A DNA stretch of 53,621 nucleotides, counting the filler, from Bipalium vagum (Eukaryota): assembly GCA_037834085.1 (NCBI GenBank). It is 3 parts of 3 records of this genome, joined end to end, with 100 filler letters (N's around TTAATTAATTAA, not from the genome) between each part and the next. Parts side by side here need not be neighbours in the genome. Positions count along the whole stretch, not along the records: positions 1 to 20,128 come from JBBMKC010259936.1; positions 20,229 to 36,849 come from JBBMKC010102091.1; 1 more part is not named here. One strand, given 5' to 3'. Position numbers and translations under genes: made by a program. The notes under the pieces are model-generated. The model was given only the letters and a program-made list of their open reading frames with translations. It had not been told where the DNA came from and ran no database searches. Within the stretch, counting starts at the first letter, position 1, and every line of letters starts with the position of its first letter. Of the stretch, positions 12,637 to 25,811 are shown piece after piece.

Positions 12637-15600
12637 TAATATTTTTATTACTATTACAAGAACTGATGAGAAATGGTGATCTGAAAAACGACTTAAAAAT
12701 AAGTGATTTGAAAAATTAATTTTTTCGTTGATTTTATAAACTTTCTGAAAAAGGATAAAAGTAAAAAATTAACGGAAAAAACTACACACCAGAGCCAATA
12801 TTAACATAAAATACCCATTGCATCAATAATTGTGTCAACTAATAATTCAAATTCTGGTACAAATTTTTCATAATGTTCCAATTTCTCTACCAGAATTTCA
12901 ATGTCATTTGTCATTTCAAAATTATCGATTTTTTTGTCACTCATCGATTTAACAAACTGGTCCAATGCATCAACCTCGGCCACAAGACACGCAAAACCTT
13001 TTTGATTTTCTGTCAAAAAATTATTATAAAAATTAATCAGTTTCATTTATCTAAATCAAAAGATAATTCCATAAAAGAAAAAAGAAAAATCGTTTTTTCG
13101 TTAAGAATTGTGGTAGCCGAAGAGAAAAGACGAACGTCGGACAAATTGCACTATTTTTTAAAAAAAAAGAACCAGGTGTTTGGAAAGGGGCACTGTGATC
13201 AAAAAACAGTTAAAATCGTATAACAAAGAGCAAGGACACATAAAAAAGAGTTGCAAGTTGAAGAATTGGAATTGAACATTCTACTGACTAGAGGTACAGG
13301 CATTCAAGTAATGAGTTGGGCGATGAATATTGAAATGCATCGATTTAATGAATGGTAACAAGTTGGGATGTACAAACCAAGAGAAAATACAGACAAAAAG
13401 AATGGCAGTTGTAAAAATGATTAGAGTTCATATAGATATAGAGTATTACTCTAGAAGTGATTTGTGGAATGAAATGGATGCACTTTAAAATATTGGAACG
13501 CACTTTGATCTAACCGTAACAAGTAATTACAGGTCTATGAAGTTTTTCGATAGGTGGAGGACGCATATAAGCACAGCAAATTCTCAGTGAGAAGAATATT
13601 GAACGTGATATGAGAGAACGTTCTTGAGAGCGGGATCCAGGGAGATAAAGTCATGCCACAGAAATTTTTTTATTTTTAACATCTTTAATCAAATAACATA
13701 AATTAATGAATAAAAATTCTTAATATTAAATCAATAATACATATTTAACTGAATTTAAAAAAATTGAAAAGGGTATGGCATGATGTGTTTTGATAATTTA
13801 ATTTTTTCTCGCATTTCCATTCAAAATAAATTTTTTGGTAAAAACCCTTACCAAAAATACTCAAAGTTTATATTTACGATCATTTTTATGTTTCACATCC
13901 TCAAATAATAACAATGATCGGCTCGTTTTTGTCAACACAAATCAAAAAAACATACAGAAATGATAATCCATATTTTTCAAGTTATAGTTTATATAAAATC
14001 AATATAGACACAGAGAACCATGTTTGTAAAACGAGAGAATAAAAATAATTATTTCAATCACAAAAACAAAGGATTTTTCTTTCTTTAATTCCTCCATTAT
14101 CTCTCTCATTCTCCTTTAATCACTGTCAGTCTCCGTTAGTAAAAACAAATTCCAATTACATGTCCAATATGAAAACTATTTTCAAAATTTTTTCACCGAA
14201 AAGGTAATGAATTATATTTAGAATTCCCCAATTTTCGTTTTCGTCTGAAAGAGTTACACTTGAAAAATAAAAAAATCTAATCAGGCTAATTAGCTATTGT
14301 AAATTAGTTTTAATTGATTTTCACATTATTCCTCAACAGTCACAACTAACCAGAATAAATCATGGAACTACTTTTGTAAAAGCCAATAAAACTGAAAAAT
14401 CACATATTGAGTGTGCTCTCTCTTTCTCTCTAAATTACCAAACCGAAACAGTCCCCTCCGCTATTCTTGAAATGAAAAGAAATAACGAAGACAGGATATA
14501 AAAGCACAAAAACCATTGTGGCGAGGAAACTCATAAGTTGCAAAATCTAAGTAACTTGAAAACTTCTCAACAAAACACAAAGTCATTTCCGGTTCACGTT
14601 CTCTTTCGACCTTGATTTCATTGGCTACTGAGACCGAGTATTGATGGTGTGTCTGAATTGTTATTGAATGCCCCTACGAAAACCATTGCTGATCTAAGGA
14701 CCAAAGTAGAAGCTGACCCTGTGGATGATTTCTTTCTGTGGACAAAACATTGATTCAGTAATCCACGAGTAGGGAAAAATTGTTTTTGCTACTTAAACGC
14801 AACGAATGAATGTAGTTTATAATAGCACATAGTTTGCAATGTGTGCTCAGGTAAAGGAGATTTTGGTTATTAACATCAAGTGAAGGGTGGCGACGTTGTT
14901 ATTATTATTAGAGATGAAAAGTGAAATGGACCAAGGGGAGTCTTTGTATATATCTTTGTAGTTTATCATTCCATCGTGAGTGGATGAGTGTAAAATAATT
15001 TATAAATCAATATTTAAAAATACTGTATCAATGATTTCCAACATTAGTTTCAAATAATTATTGAATATTACAGAATAAAATTAAAATTTGTGATTTTCAT
15101 TTATTCAGTAAACAATTTCCCCATGACGAAGTGATTCATCCAGCAAGGCAAACCACTTCCATCCTTGAAAGCCTTGAAATATTCAATGTCATTATTAGAA
15201 GCGTATTTTCAGGAAATACCTTTCAAGAAAAAGAGTGACATGGAAAGCTGGGTGGAGAATGGAGAACACTCTCTTATAAGATTCAGCAGACCTGAAAGAG
15301 TTGGATATCAAAGAGTTGTTTGGCATCCGGCCTTTGGTTAATCAAAAATGTGTTTTTTATTAATAATCAAGTTTTTTGATTAAGAAAGTCCGGATTTGAA
15401 AAATGGTTTTAGATCAAGTTGGCTTGACGTGGAAAAGAGAACAAAGGATCAAAGACAGAAAGTGAACTGAAGGACAAATATCAGGTGCAAGGCAATATCT
15501 GTGGATAAAGAATCAATTAGAAATTTGTATTTCTGTGAATGGAGAAGAAAGCAGGTTGGAAAAGTTGAAGCACAGATAAAAACATAGAAATCAAACGAAA

Positions 15601-16177
15601 ACCTATATTAAGAATTGTTTTCACGGAATCGATAACGTTCTGCATTTCCGTGAGTCGAGAGTAGACGACATTCATCCTGGAATAGACACCGATGGTGTTT
15701 GGACAATCGAACAGATTCTGAAAGTGTTCTACCAGTCCTATGGCTTGTCCGGTAGTCAAAGTAATGTTCTCAGCACTATTGGTCATCACAGTGGTCGTAC
15801 ATTGATTTATCATTTCGTCTATGATATCTTAACAAAGATAACAATATTATATATTTCTCCAAGAAAAAAATGCAACTTTAACAAAGTGGGAAAAATCGAT
15901 ATTAAAAAAATAATGAAAAAAAAATCAATAAATTAAAAGTTTATAGAACGGAAATCAAAAATTAATGATTTTTAAAGAAAAAAATTAATAAGAAAATGAC
16001 AATAAAATCAATAACCAATAACACCGAAGAATCCTGATCTCACAGTTGTTATTGATGTTTTCCACGGCATAAGAATTGATCTCAGATGGTTCACGGAACT
16101 GAGAAGGTGATTAACGGAACACAGCTGGTCAACCCAAACATCCAGAACGTCGAGAATTTCTGAAAAAATTCAATATA

Positions 16178-17100
16178 CATGATATGGATAAAGTCTTTCG
16201 ACTCGTACGGAAATATGAATGAAACTTTTTATTTACATCAAATGTACCATAAAGATAAACTAACAGAATAATTTTCCTATATAATCACCTTCGGCTTCCA
16301 GGAACTTCGTTCACCAATTTACTAATGAAAAAAGACTTTTTTTGAAGAAAGATGCACCCTTTTCATTGAAAATATCTTACACTAGTCTTATGAACTCTAT
16401 TTTATCCTGGTAAATTTTTTTTTCAAGAAATCATCTTGAGCCAAATCATTGCTATACATTGTTTGGAACCAGCACAAAAATCTTTTCAGCGATTACATAT
16501 ATTCCGGTGAGCTGTACGAACTGGAACGTTGTCATGCAAAAGATAAAGCTCATGATTCAATGGCTTCCGTAGTAAATTTTTCAGAGCACTAAAAAATGCA
16601 CAGCATTCGTTCGAGTCGAAGTTGGTTTTGATCATCATTTTTTCATTTCAAAGGATAAGACACTTTCAATGAGATAACTTTGAACAAAGCAATTTGGTGT
16701 CTTTCCTCTGGTAAATTTTTCCCATTTACGAGACTAACGTTTCCGATTTAATAATATTTTTCGAAAGATTCTGCTCAAGAGCACGGAAAAGGACCATATT
16801 TTCTTAGTACACTTGCATTCTGATGTATAAAAACATGAAGAATCGATTGCATTATTTTAATTTTGATGCCCATGCTCTCTACCATATTCGATGTAGTCTT
16901 ATTGCTTAAATTAACTATAGTAGATAGTTCTTTCTGGGTAATCTGTCTCTCCTCATACACAATAATTTTTAATGTTTCAAAATTCAATTCCAATTCCGTG
17001 TCAGTAAAGATATCTTGACCAGTATTTTTTATCAATCTCACTTTATGCAATAGATTATAAAATGATTTAAAAATTGATTTATGTAATATTATTTTTTTAT
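16178..17100 (-). mobile_element. degenerate mariner element
   Basis: Minus strand gives IVYEERQITQKELSTIVNLSNKTTSNMVESMGIK (second HTH), a YSSP motif near 16510 and C-terminal TKFLEAEGDYI. Terminal sequence TA-CATGATATGGATAAAGTCTTTCGAC resembles the TIR of the 18256 element. Confidence 0.7.
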
Positions 17101-17539
17101 CAAATTAAATTCAAAACTAGATTTAAAATTGTTATTTTTTTCCAATTTTTTCCATTATCAATTTTAAATATCGATTTCAGTACCAAGGTCTGACAAATAA
17201 TTCATAAATCATTAAAAAAAAGAAAAAGAAAAGTCCAACTTAAAAATCAATGATTTTATTTTTATTAAGTTTTCAATAGGAAATTAATAAAATAAGACCG
17301 AAAACCCATTTCATGATTAATGTATTTTCTTTTCATATCAATTTTATATTGATTTTTCCTTTTGCCAAATTAATATTTTTTGATTTTTCATAATCTACGT
17401 GATATATTCAAATGTTCTTAAGAAATTTCTTTTTTCTTTAGAAAATTTATGCAAATTTCAGCAGTTTAATATATAAATAAGAAAAATAAAAAAATCGATT
17501 TTCAAAACGCAAAACTCACGCGCATATTGATCTTGCGTA

Positions 17540-17950
17540 ATATTGTTGACTGACAGCAATTGAGTTTTAAAGGATTTCATTGATTTGTCCAAGCCAGGAG
17601 TTTCCATTAAATGCAAAAGTCGAGAAGAGATTCCAAAACATTGAGGATAGGAAGCATTGATTTTCAAAAATTCGGAAATCTTGCGAAACGCTCCATTGAC
17701 GGATTTTGTGTTCAAGCAATTACACAAATCCGACAAATACTTTTGACAACTTTTCAGTGGCAAAAACTCAATGTCCTCTATCGAATTCGGATATTCTTTC
17801 AGGCCTTTGTCGTTCAGTCTTTTTAACTTGACAAGTTTCTTTTCTTTTTCAGGACTAAAAACAATTTTGAAAAGGTCACACCAATCAGTGTCATGTTGTT
17901 CGGCAAATTATCATTAAAGGTATATAAAAAACAATGAAAAAGATGAAATC
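17540..17950 (+). mobile_element. possible highly decayed mariner catalytic-domain remnant
   Basis: FFSFSGLKTILKR resembles DFFLFPxLKxxLKG. Other motifs are weak. Confidence 0.3.
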
Positions 17951-18255
17951 TTATTTCTATTTTAATATTTTTTGCAAACAGGGATATTAAAGAGTTGAAC
18001 TCATACCATGGGAATTTTCAAATTTAAAATCATAAGTTATAAAATGTAAATTGTAACAATATTAATAATAATTAAATCAATAATATATAATTAATATATT
18101 TGAAAAATGAAGAAATGCAATTTACAGAGTATGATAATTTTGTTAATTTCTGATTTTTGTAAAACAAAAAAATAGTAATAAAGATATAATAAAGATAATA
18201 ATTATCAAAAAGGTAAGTGTATAAAAATTCTTCTTTCATCAGTCTAGCACATATA

Positions 18256-19647
18256 CATGGTAAGGCTAAAAAGTACTTAGACTCTACCAGAAATATTGAA
18301 GTCAACTCAACAAAATATTTTGAACCAGACGCAAACATTAATAGGTATAAGTTCTCGACATAACCACCGTTTACACTTTTTTCACCAGTCGACCATTTCG
18401 TTGAAGTCTATTTCAAAGAAATTTTGATCCTTTTTCATGAGGAATTTCGTCACGTGATATATGATCCTTTATGTTATCCTTTAAAAAAATTAAACAATTT
18501 GTCATGAACATGAACCATTTTAATATATTATTGTAGTAAATCATTGGAAACATATAAATATTTTATAAATGTCTGGAATAAGAAAAGAAATTCGGTTGAA
18601 AATTTGTTGATTATTTTTGATTTAAACTCGTATACATATGTTTCTTCAGATGGCTGAGCAACAAAAAATCACTCGGTGCAAGATCTGGATTGTATGGAGA
18701 ATGATCCAGTTGTGCAAACAAAATTTTTGTTAATGTGTCTTATATTTTCTTAGATGTGTTATTATGGAGCGAAAAAAACAGTTGCGTGGCTTAAGTTGGA
18801 TTCTTCTGGTTTCAAGTATGAGATTACTGTAGTAATCCGAATTTGAGTTTTCTTCAGTAAAATATAGCTTCAAGATGTCATCTCTATTCCAAAAATCGTT
18901 CAAGGTGGCACATTTACAATACGAAATTTCGAGACGCAAGACCTAGGATGGCTTCTCATTTTCAAAAACCCATTTCTTTGATTTAATTTTAGAGTATGGA
19001 GTAGAGAGTAGAGACTAAATAATGTCTCATCTGTAGTTATTATATTTAATGAAAGATTTCTTTGACTGCATTCAGAAAACGAAGATTCCTTTCACAGACA
19101 ATTTTTCGTCTATCCATCATATCATATGTTAAAAATCTCGGAACAAAACTATTACATAAATTTTAGATTCCCATTTGTTCTAGAAGCCATTGGAAGGTTC
19201 TTTCGCAAACATTTAGCCACTCAGATAGCTGTGTTTGAGTTTTCTTTTGGTTCATTTGTCACAATATCTTTCATTTTTTTTAGTAATTTCTTCACTAATA
19301 TCGATAGGTCGTCCACCTTTGGCAGTATCGAAAATACTTCCGACCAGGTGGAAATTCTCAGATCCGGTTAAAAATGATCGCCTGAGATAGAGCTTCTTCA
19401 CCGTATACTTAGTGAACCTGTTGAATAATTTTCTTCCTGTCAGATCCCTCGAGAGGTATAAAACGGATGGCATTGTGAAATTCCACATTTTTGGGCATTT
19501 TTTAAAAATTAATCTAATCTACTGAAACAAAAATTAAAATATATAAATTAATCGTTTATTTCATACTTATATGAGTTTTTTATATTATATTCAAAATTTT
19601 ATATAAATACCTTCATTATTTCTGTTAAAGTCTAAGGCTTTACCACG
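18256..19647 (-). mobile_element. near full-length degenerate mariner element
   Basis: Imperfect TIRs TA-CATGGTAAGGCTAAAAAGTACTTAGAC and TA-CGTGGTAAAGCCTTAGAC. Minus-strand motifs: VYGEEALS, GRP, LCNSFVPRFLT, IITTDET, FWNRDDIL, HSPYNPDLAPSDF, NGGYVE. Confidence 0.85.
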
Positions 19648-20055
19648 TATATATGATTTTGGTTTCTAATCCATCATATTTTTTACTAAAAATTGATCTT
19701 TTGTGTTAAAGGTAAATTAACAAAAAAGGCTTTGACAATGTTTGCTCAAATAAATATTTAAATCAAGAGATTTTAATTTTCTTCTGAATAATATATCGTT
19801 AAAAAAGGAATTCTTAGTATATATTGTCGAAAAGAATTAAGTATAAGTAAAGAAATATAACAGTGAAAAGAAGTCAAATAAATTATGAAAAAGTCAATTT
19901 CAAAATCTATTTTACGTTATAAAATTTCTAGTCACAAAAAATTAAAATTAACAAAATGAATAAGAAGAGACGGTTTTTATTTCCAGGAAGCCAAAAAACA
20001 GAACAAGGTGTATTATTTTATTCTTTTTTATTAATTCATCTCGCTTTTGGCAGAG

Positions 20056-20128
<73 letters not shown>

Positions 20129-20228
20129 NNNNNNNNNNNNNNNNNNNNNNNNNNNNNNNNNNNNNNNNNNNNTTAATTAATTAANNNNNNNNNNNNNNNN
20201 NNNNNNNNNNNNNNNNNNNNNNNNNNNN

Positions 20229-20293
<65 letters not shown>
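20056..20293. repeat. (AAT)n microsatellites flanking a 100-bp artificial linker (20129-20228)
   Basis: Perfect AAT arrays on both sides of N44-TTAATTAATTAA-N44. Confidence 0.95.
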
Positions 20294-20295
<2 letters not shown>

Positions 20296-20329
20296 GATTT
20301 CCAAAGATACTTAACATTGTTAATAGTTT

Positions 20330-21494
20330 CGTGGGTGGTTTAAAAGTTAGCGAAATGAAGCATAAAGAAAATTTGTATAACCTAGGCATCATTTATCGTG
20401 AAACTACATTATTAATATTAATAAATTTCAAATATCAAATCAATTGGTAAAATATTTGTTTTTCTACATCAATTTAAATTAACTAGTTTTGACTATTTTA
20501 GAAAATGGACAAATTTTGAATTTGAGTAGTGAATTTTGAATTTGGTAAAAATATATTCAACAACCCTAATCCATCAAGATAAAGAAACATTGAACGTTGA
20601 TGCCCATCATTTACAACGTCCATAAATGAGCTACGGAATTTAGACAGGGTCGTACAAACCTGAAAGATGACCCCATTTCTGATTGCCCAAAATCGACTAG
20701 TACTTCGGAAATCGTTCACAAAATACATAAAGCGATTTTCTAATATCATCGATTGAAGGAACAGAATGGATATATCAACCAAACAGGTGCATTTTATTTT
20801 GCATAATGAATTTTGACATGAAAAAATTACCGGTAAGATCGGTGCCGCGTTGGCTTACACTTAAACAAAAAAGAAGAATGAACTTTTCTCAAGAGTTTCT
20901 GGCACTTTCTCAGAAAAATAAAACTCATTTTGTGCAAAGATTTGTTACCACAAATGAGACATGGATTCATTACTACACTACAGAAAGCAAAAGCAGTGGA
21001 AACTTCGGAACTCTTCAAATCCAAAGAAAGCGATGACTGTCAAATCTGATGTTAAGGTTATTTCATCTATATTTCCGATTACCAAAGGAATACTTATGAT
21101 CAATTATCTCCAAAAAATAAAGCAAATAGTGAAGAAAATTTCTTAAAACTGTTGGATAAGTTGGATACCATCATTAATGAAAAATGGTCCGGTTTGCAGA
21201 AAACGTCCGCATACGACATTAATCACAATATCAAAATTCAATTAATTAGTGTACGAACTTCTTTAACATCCCTCATATTCTACCGATTTGGCTCCCTCTG
21301 AGATTCACCTGCTTCTAAAGTTGAAAAATTTTCTTGTTGGGAAGGTCTTTTTTACAACAGAATAGGTTCATGAAGCGGTAAATTATTATTTTGGAAGCCT
21401 TCACAAAAAACACTTTCGAGATGTTGAAAAATGTGAATTTTATTAAAATAAAGTGATTTTCTATTTCATTTCCGAACTTTTCAAATCACCCTCG
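20330..21494 (+). mobile_element. degenerate mariner, irritans/Himar1-like
   Basis: TIRs CGTGGGTGGTTTAAAAGTTAGCGAAATGAA and (reverse complement) CGAGGGTGATTTGAAAAGTTCGGAAATGAA. Motifs EFRQGRTNLKDDP, DMKKLPVRSVPRWLT, FVTTNETWIHYYTTESK, HPSYSTDLAPSE. Confidence 0.88.
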
Positions 21495-21990
21495 TAATTT
21501 AAGGAAATTTGAGCTGAATCGACTCGACCCATTTCAAGATGTCAGATCTCTTAACTGTTTTCCTTTGAAGACAATCATTTTCTATAGATTGTACTAAAAT
21601 ATGCTCTAACGACTCTTGTAACAACTTTCTTATTTTTCTAAGATAACAATGTTACCCAGTATTAAAAATTACTATCATGCTCCCACTATTTAACCATTCT
21701 TTGAGTACCTTATGGTTGATCATCAATTTGCTAACTATTTTCCTAATGCTTTTCTTTATTTTTATAAGCGACTATAGCTTTAATTTTAAATTATTTGTTA
21801 TATTTTATCTGAATAAATAATAAATAATTCAATTAGTAAATATTTGATCTCTCAATAATTTTCGAATATTGGTGCTTATTAAAATATATTTGTAAATTAA
21901 CAATCCCCATGAACTGTTTCTAACAATGGAAAAAAATGAATAAGGTTTTAGAATAAGAAGTGCATTAAACATCTACGAAAATATTCTTTC

Positions 21991-22228
21991 CTATTTAAAT
22001 ACTGAAATATTATGCTTATCAATATCACCTACAGAATAAAACAAAAAAATAACTATTAAAAATTAAGAAAAGGTTCATCTCACCATTTTTTATTTGAGTT
22101 TTTAAAGTCAACTTTCTAATTTCACTTTCATTACCAATCTCATTTCTAAAGTAGATAGGACGTCTGGATAATGGCATTAAAGCTCTGTGCTTCAACATTA
22201 CATGTGGATTTGACATAACTCGAAATTC
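21991..22228 (-). CDS. putative last two exons of an unidentified gene
   Basis: Exons 22228-22084 and 22028-21991 join through a 55-nt GT-AG intron with matching phase: EFRVMSNPHVMLKHRALMPLSRRPIYFRNEIGNESEIRKLTLKTQIKNGDIDKHNISVFK*. No upstream exons resolved. Confidence 0.35.
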
Positions 22229-24666
22229 CTTTAAAACAAATTTGGAAAATTAAACTTTATTAAAATCTCCATCAAAAGTAAAATAAAGAAATAACAAAAA
22301 GCAAATTAATTAAAAATATATAACATTGATTATCAATAGTTTATAATTTATATTTAAATTCAATTAGTAACTGTTAATTCTATTTTCTAATATAAAATAA
22401 AAAATTATTTCAGAAAATTATTTGTGATTTAAATATAATAAATTTTATATTTTGATTTCAAAATTAAAAATCGTTTTAGGTAATTATATCATTTCAATAG
22501 TATTTTTATTAAAGATTTTATAAAAATTCTCTTCATTTTTGTAAAAAATTTTATAGAATTACTTTTATATCGAATTTTTTTGTAAGTAAAATTTTATTCA
22601 TTTATTTTTCACGTTTACATCTTGTTGATATTTTCATTTTTATAAATCAATTTTTGTCAATGTTTACGAGTTATAATTGATTCAGTTGATAACAGGATTT
22701 GTGTTTGTTGGAACATTTGACATTTGTGTAAACCATTGTTTTATTTTCAATAAAGTTTTATTGTTGAACGGATTTTTTTTCTTTATTCATCAACACCAAC
22801 CAATAATGAGGATGAAAGATAATTACTTAAAGCTTAAATACTTACTACTAGTTTAATAAAAAATTTTTATTGGTTAAATTGTAATTTATCACATTTTATA
22901 ATTGATATTTAACTTGACATAAAATTATGATCTATTATAAGCTGCCAAATTTGTGATGGCAGAATATGGTGTAAAAATAGATTCGGCTGCAATTATTATC
23001 AGTAAATTTCCGTAAAATTACTTAAAATTAAAATAAAATAACGAGTTTTAAATAGATGATCTAATCATTATATAATTCTAGAATAATAAAATGAAAGCAG
23101 ATAAGATCTCAAAAAATCCGATCTCATCGTAGGTTTGAATTTGTTAAGGTTACCTGAAGAGACGCTGAAATATTGTTAAACTTTGGGAGTTACCATTTTC
23201 AAATATTAAATTTGTTCAATATATAAAAATAAGCTTAAAAGTAATTTATTTGATATTTTGATTATAACCTAAATTTTGACGGATATTGATAACTTAGTTA
23301 ATGGGCATAATGAACTTTAAGTAACTTACATAAAATATGAAAAATTTCTTTAATTCATCAAATAGCAAACTCTAAAAAAATTTTCATTCAAATTATAAAT
23401 TATATATATTTTTATTATAAATTATATATGATATTGAGATAAAATATTTTATTTAAACCATTACTTAACTTAAACTAATTTCCGAAATTAAAGGTTTAAA
23501 TGTCCGGTTGTATCTTTAAAATTATTTTTCCGGTGAGATGTTACATCTTTCATTATAAAAAAATAACCAGTTGCATTTTAAATTTTGTCAAGTTTCATTT
23601 AACCTATTTTTTTCAATTATCCACATCTAAAAGTTTCCTTGTTTTTCGATAATTCGAATTCTTGTGAATTAATTTTAATAATTTATAACAAAACACTTGA
23701 AAATTTTAAGATACGGAAAAATATAATTTTCTATGTATATATTACTTATAATTAGAAATACAAAACATGAAGCGTGCAAAAAATTTACTTGAGAATGACT
23801 ATTGTTCTTATTTTTGTAATTCACATTTGTATTATGGAATAATTTATTTGAAATAAAAAGTGTAACATTTAGTTAAATTCATTTATTTAAAATACAACTT
23901 TGCAAATGGTTTTAAGTTTTTTTTCAAACACTTGATAGTTATCCTCTTTAGAAATTACGGTCTATTAGATGTCCGGTAAAGTTTGATCATGTCTGTTAGT
24001 TGCCAACTTAATATTTCAGAATGTTTCATTTGCATTGAACATCATTTTATCAAACTTTAACTTTCTGCTAATTGAAGAATTATTTTGGTTTCTTAAAACA
24101 TCTGAACAATTTCATCTATCACTCGTTTTTCAAATTCTTAAAGAATTTTAAACAATTTTCATGTAAATAAAATTGAATCATGATGTGAATGAACAATATC
24201 AATTAATAATCCATTGACTAAATATGACTTTAAGAATTTATATCTCAGAAATATAGTTACTGGTGTTAATTATAAAATATTTTTATTATCCTTATTCCAA
24301 ATAAATTCCAAGATTAGATTAACAATCTTTTTACAAAGTCTATATATTCATCTAAACTTCCATTCTTGTTAACGCTACCATATCATTCATTTTCATTTTG
24401 TACATTTTAAATATACCTCAGTAGTTGTTTTAATTTTATTATTATGAAATATTTATTAAGATAAAAATGTGATAATTACATATATTGGTGTGTTTAGAAA
24501 TGTCCTCAAAAGATAATTCAAAATTCAAACTTTATAATTTAAACAATACTTCCAAACATTATTGTCTTATTTAATATTGTTTTAATATTATTAGTATACG
24601 ATCTATTTCGTAATTTTAGATTTTAAATATAATAATTATACAATTATTCATAAGATAATATATGTA

Positions 24667-25811
24667 ATGAATGATTCCACTCTGATATTTTTTCGCATGA
24701 AAGCCCAAACCTATGAAAAATTTAAATCACTAAAAAATAACGAAATGTTTAAATCACTTGATGAAAATGATTTTTTAATGTACATTTTCAATAAAGTGGC
24801 TGAGGATACGAATTTAATTCCTTCCATGAAGAAAGATGATTCTAATATCTTAGACAGTCGAGATTTTCATCATGACACAGAAATTCCTACTTTTGTAAGT
24901 GTAAAAGCCGAAAACGTAGAAACCGTGAGTATTAATTTAATAATTTTGAAACTTCCGTATAAATTAATATTTTAATCTAGACAGACAGCAACAACCATGG
25001 TGTACAATCGAGTGCTGACATTCATACTTACCAATGTAATGATCATCAACCAGTCTTCCAATTTGATGTCGAATTAAAAAATCGTAATTCCTCAGATCAT
25101 GAGATAAAAACAAATCAGTACAAATGTTCGTGTGGAACAAGTTTTCACAATTTACAATTATTTCTGCAGCACAATATAAAATGCATAAACGTAACACATA
25201 AAGTAAAAGATGAACCCAAAAATCAATTAAAAAGATATTTATCAGATATAAAAACAAATGAAATAGAAATAAAACATGATTACGTTGCAAATGTAACAGA
25301 AAACAATTGTGAAGATTGCAATCGGAATTTTAGAACATCTTGCTCACTTTATCTACATCAGTGTAACAAGAAAATTAAGGTTGAATCGAAATCTGATTAT
25401 TCACAAATGGAAATGCCAGACGTTGAAACATTTACCAGTTCAAACCAACATGAAAAAAAGAAACATCTATCCATGACACAAAGACCTGTTTTGATCTGTC
25501 ACTGCTTACTTGAATTTTATGATCACAATGAATTTTTCAAGCATTCCAAAAATTGTGGTAAACCAAACCCTTCAGAAAAATCTCATTCTGGTTACAACAA
25601 TAAAAAGAGTTCTCTGAATGTGATGCCAAACACAGACGGGAAATACGAATGTGTTGATTGCAATAAATCATTTACAAGTATGTTATCTCTGCGACAACAC
25701 AGCGATGGGATGCACAGAGATACTCCAAAATATGTTTGTGACAAATGTGGAAAGGGATATTGGTGGTGCGCATCATTTCATTATCACAAAAAATACAAAT
25801 GTATAAAATAA
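24667..25811 (+). CDS. zinc-finger protein (one C2H2 plus several C2HC-variant fingers), ~362 aa
   Basis: Exon 24667-24924, 56-nt GT-AG intron, exon 24981-25811 open and in frame with ORF 25407. Fingers include YECVDCNKSFTSMLSLRQHSDGMH and YVCDKCGKGYWWCASFHYHKKYKC. An alternative phase-0 donor exists at 24895. Confidence 0.85.

Noticed and set aside
18730-19488. ORFs that looked like exons of a host gene
   Set aside because: They are frameshifted pieces of the mariner at 18256-19647.
19956-20392. Poly-Asn and poly-Ile ORFs (also poly-Tyr at 12497-12679)
   Set aside because: Translations of (AAT)n microsatellites and N gaps.
24964-25290. 108-aa minus-strand ORF
   Set aside because: Antisense to ZNF exon 2, with no independent signal.
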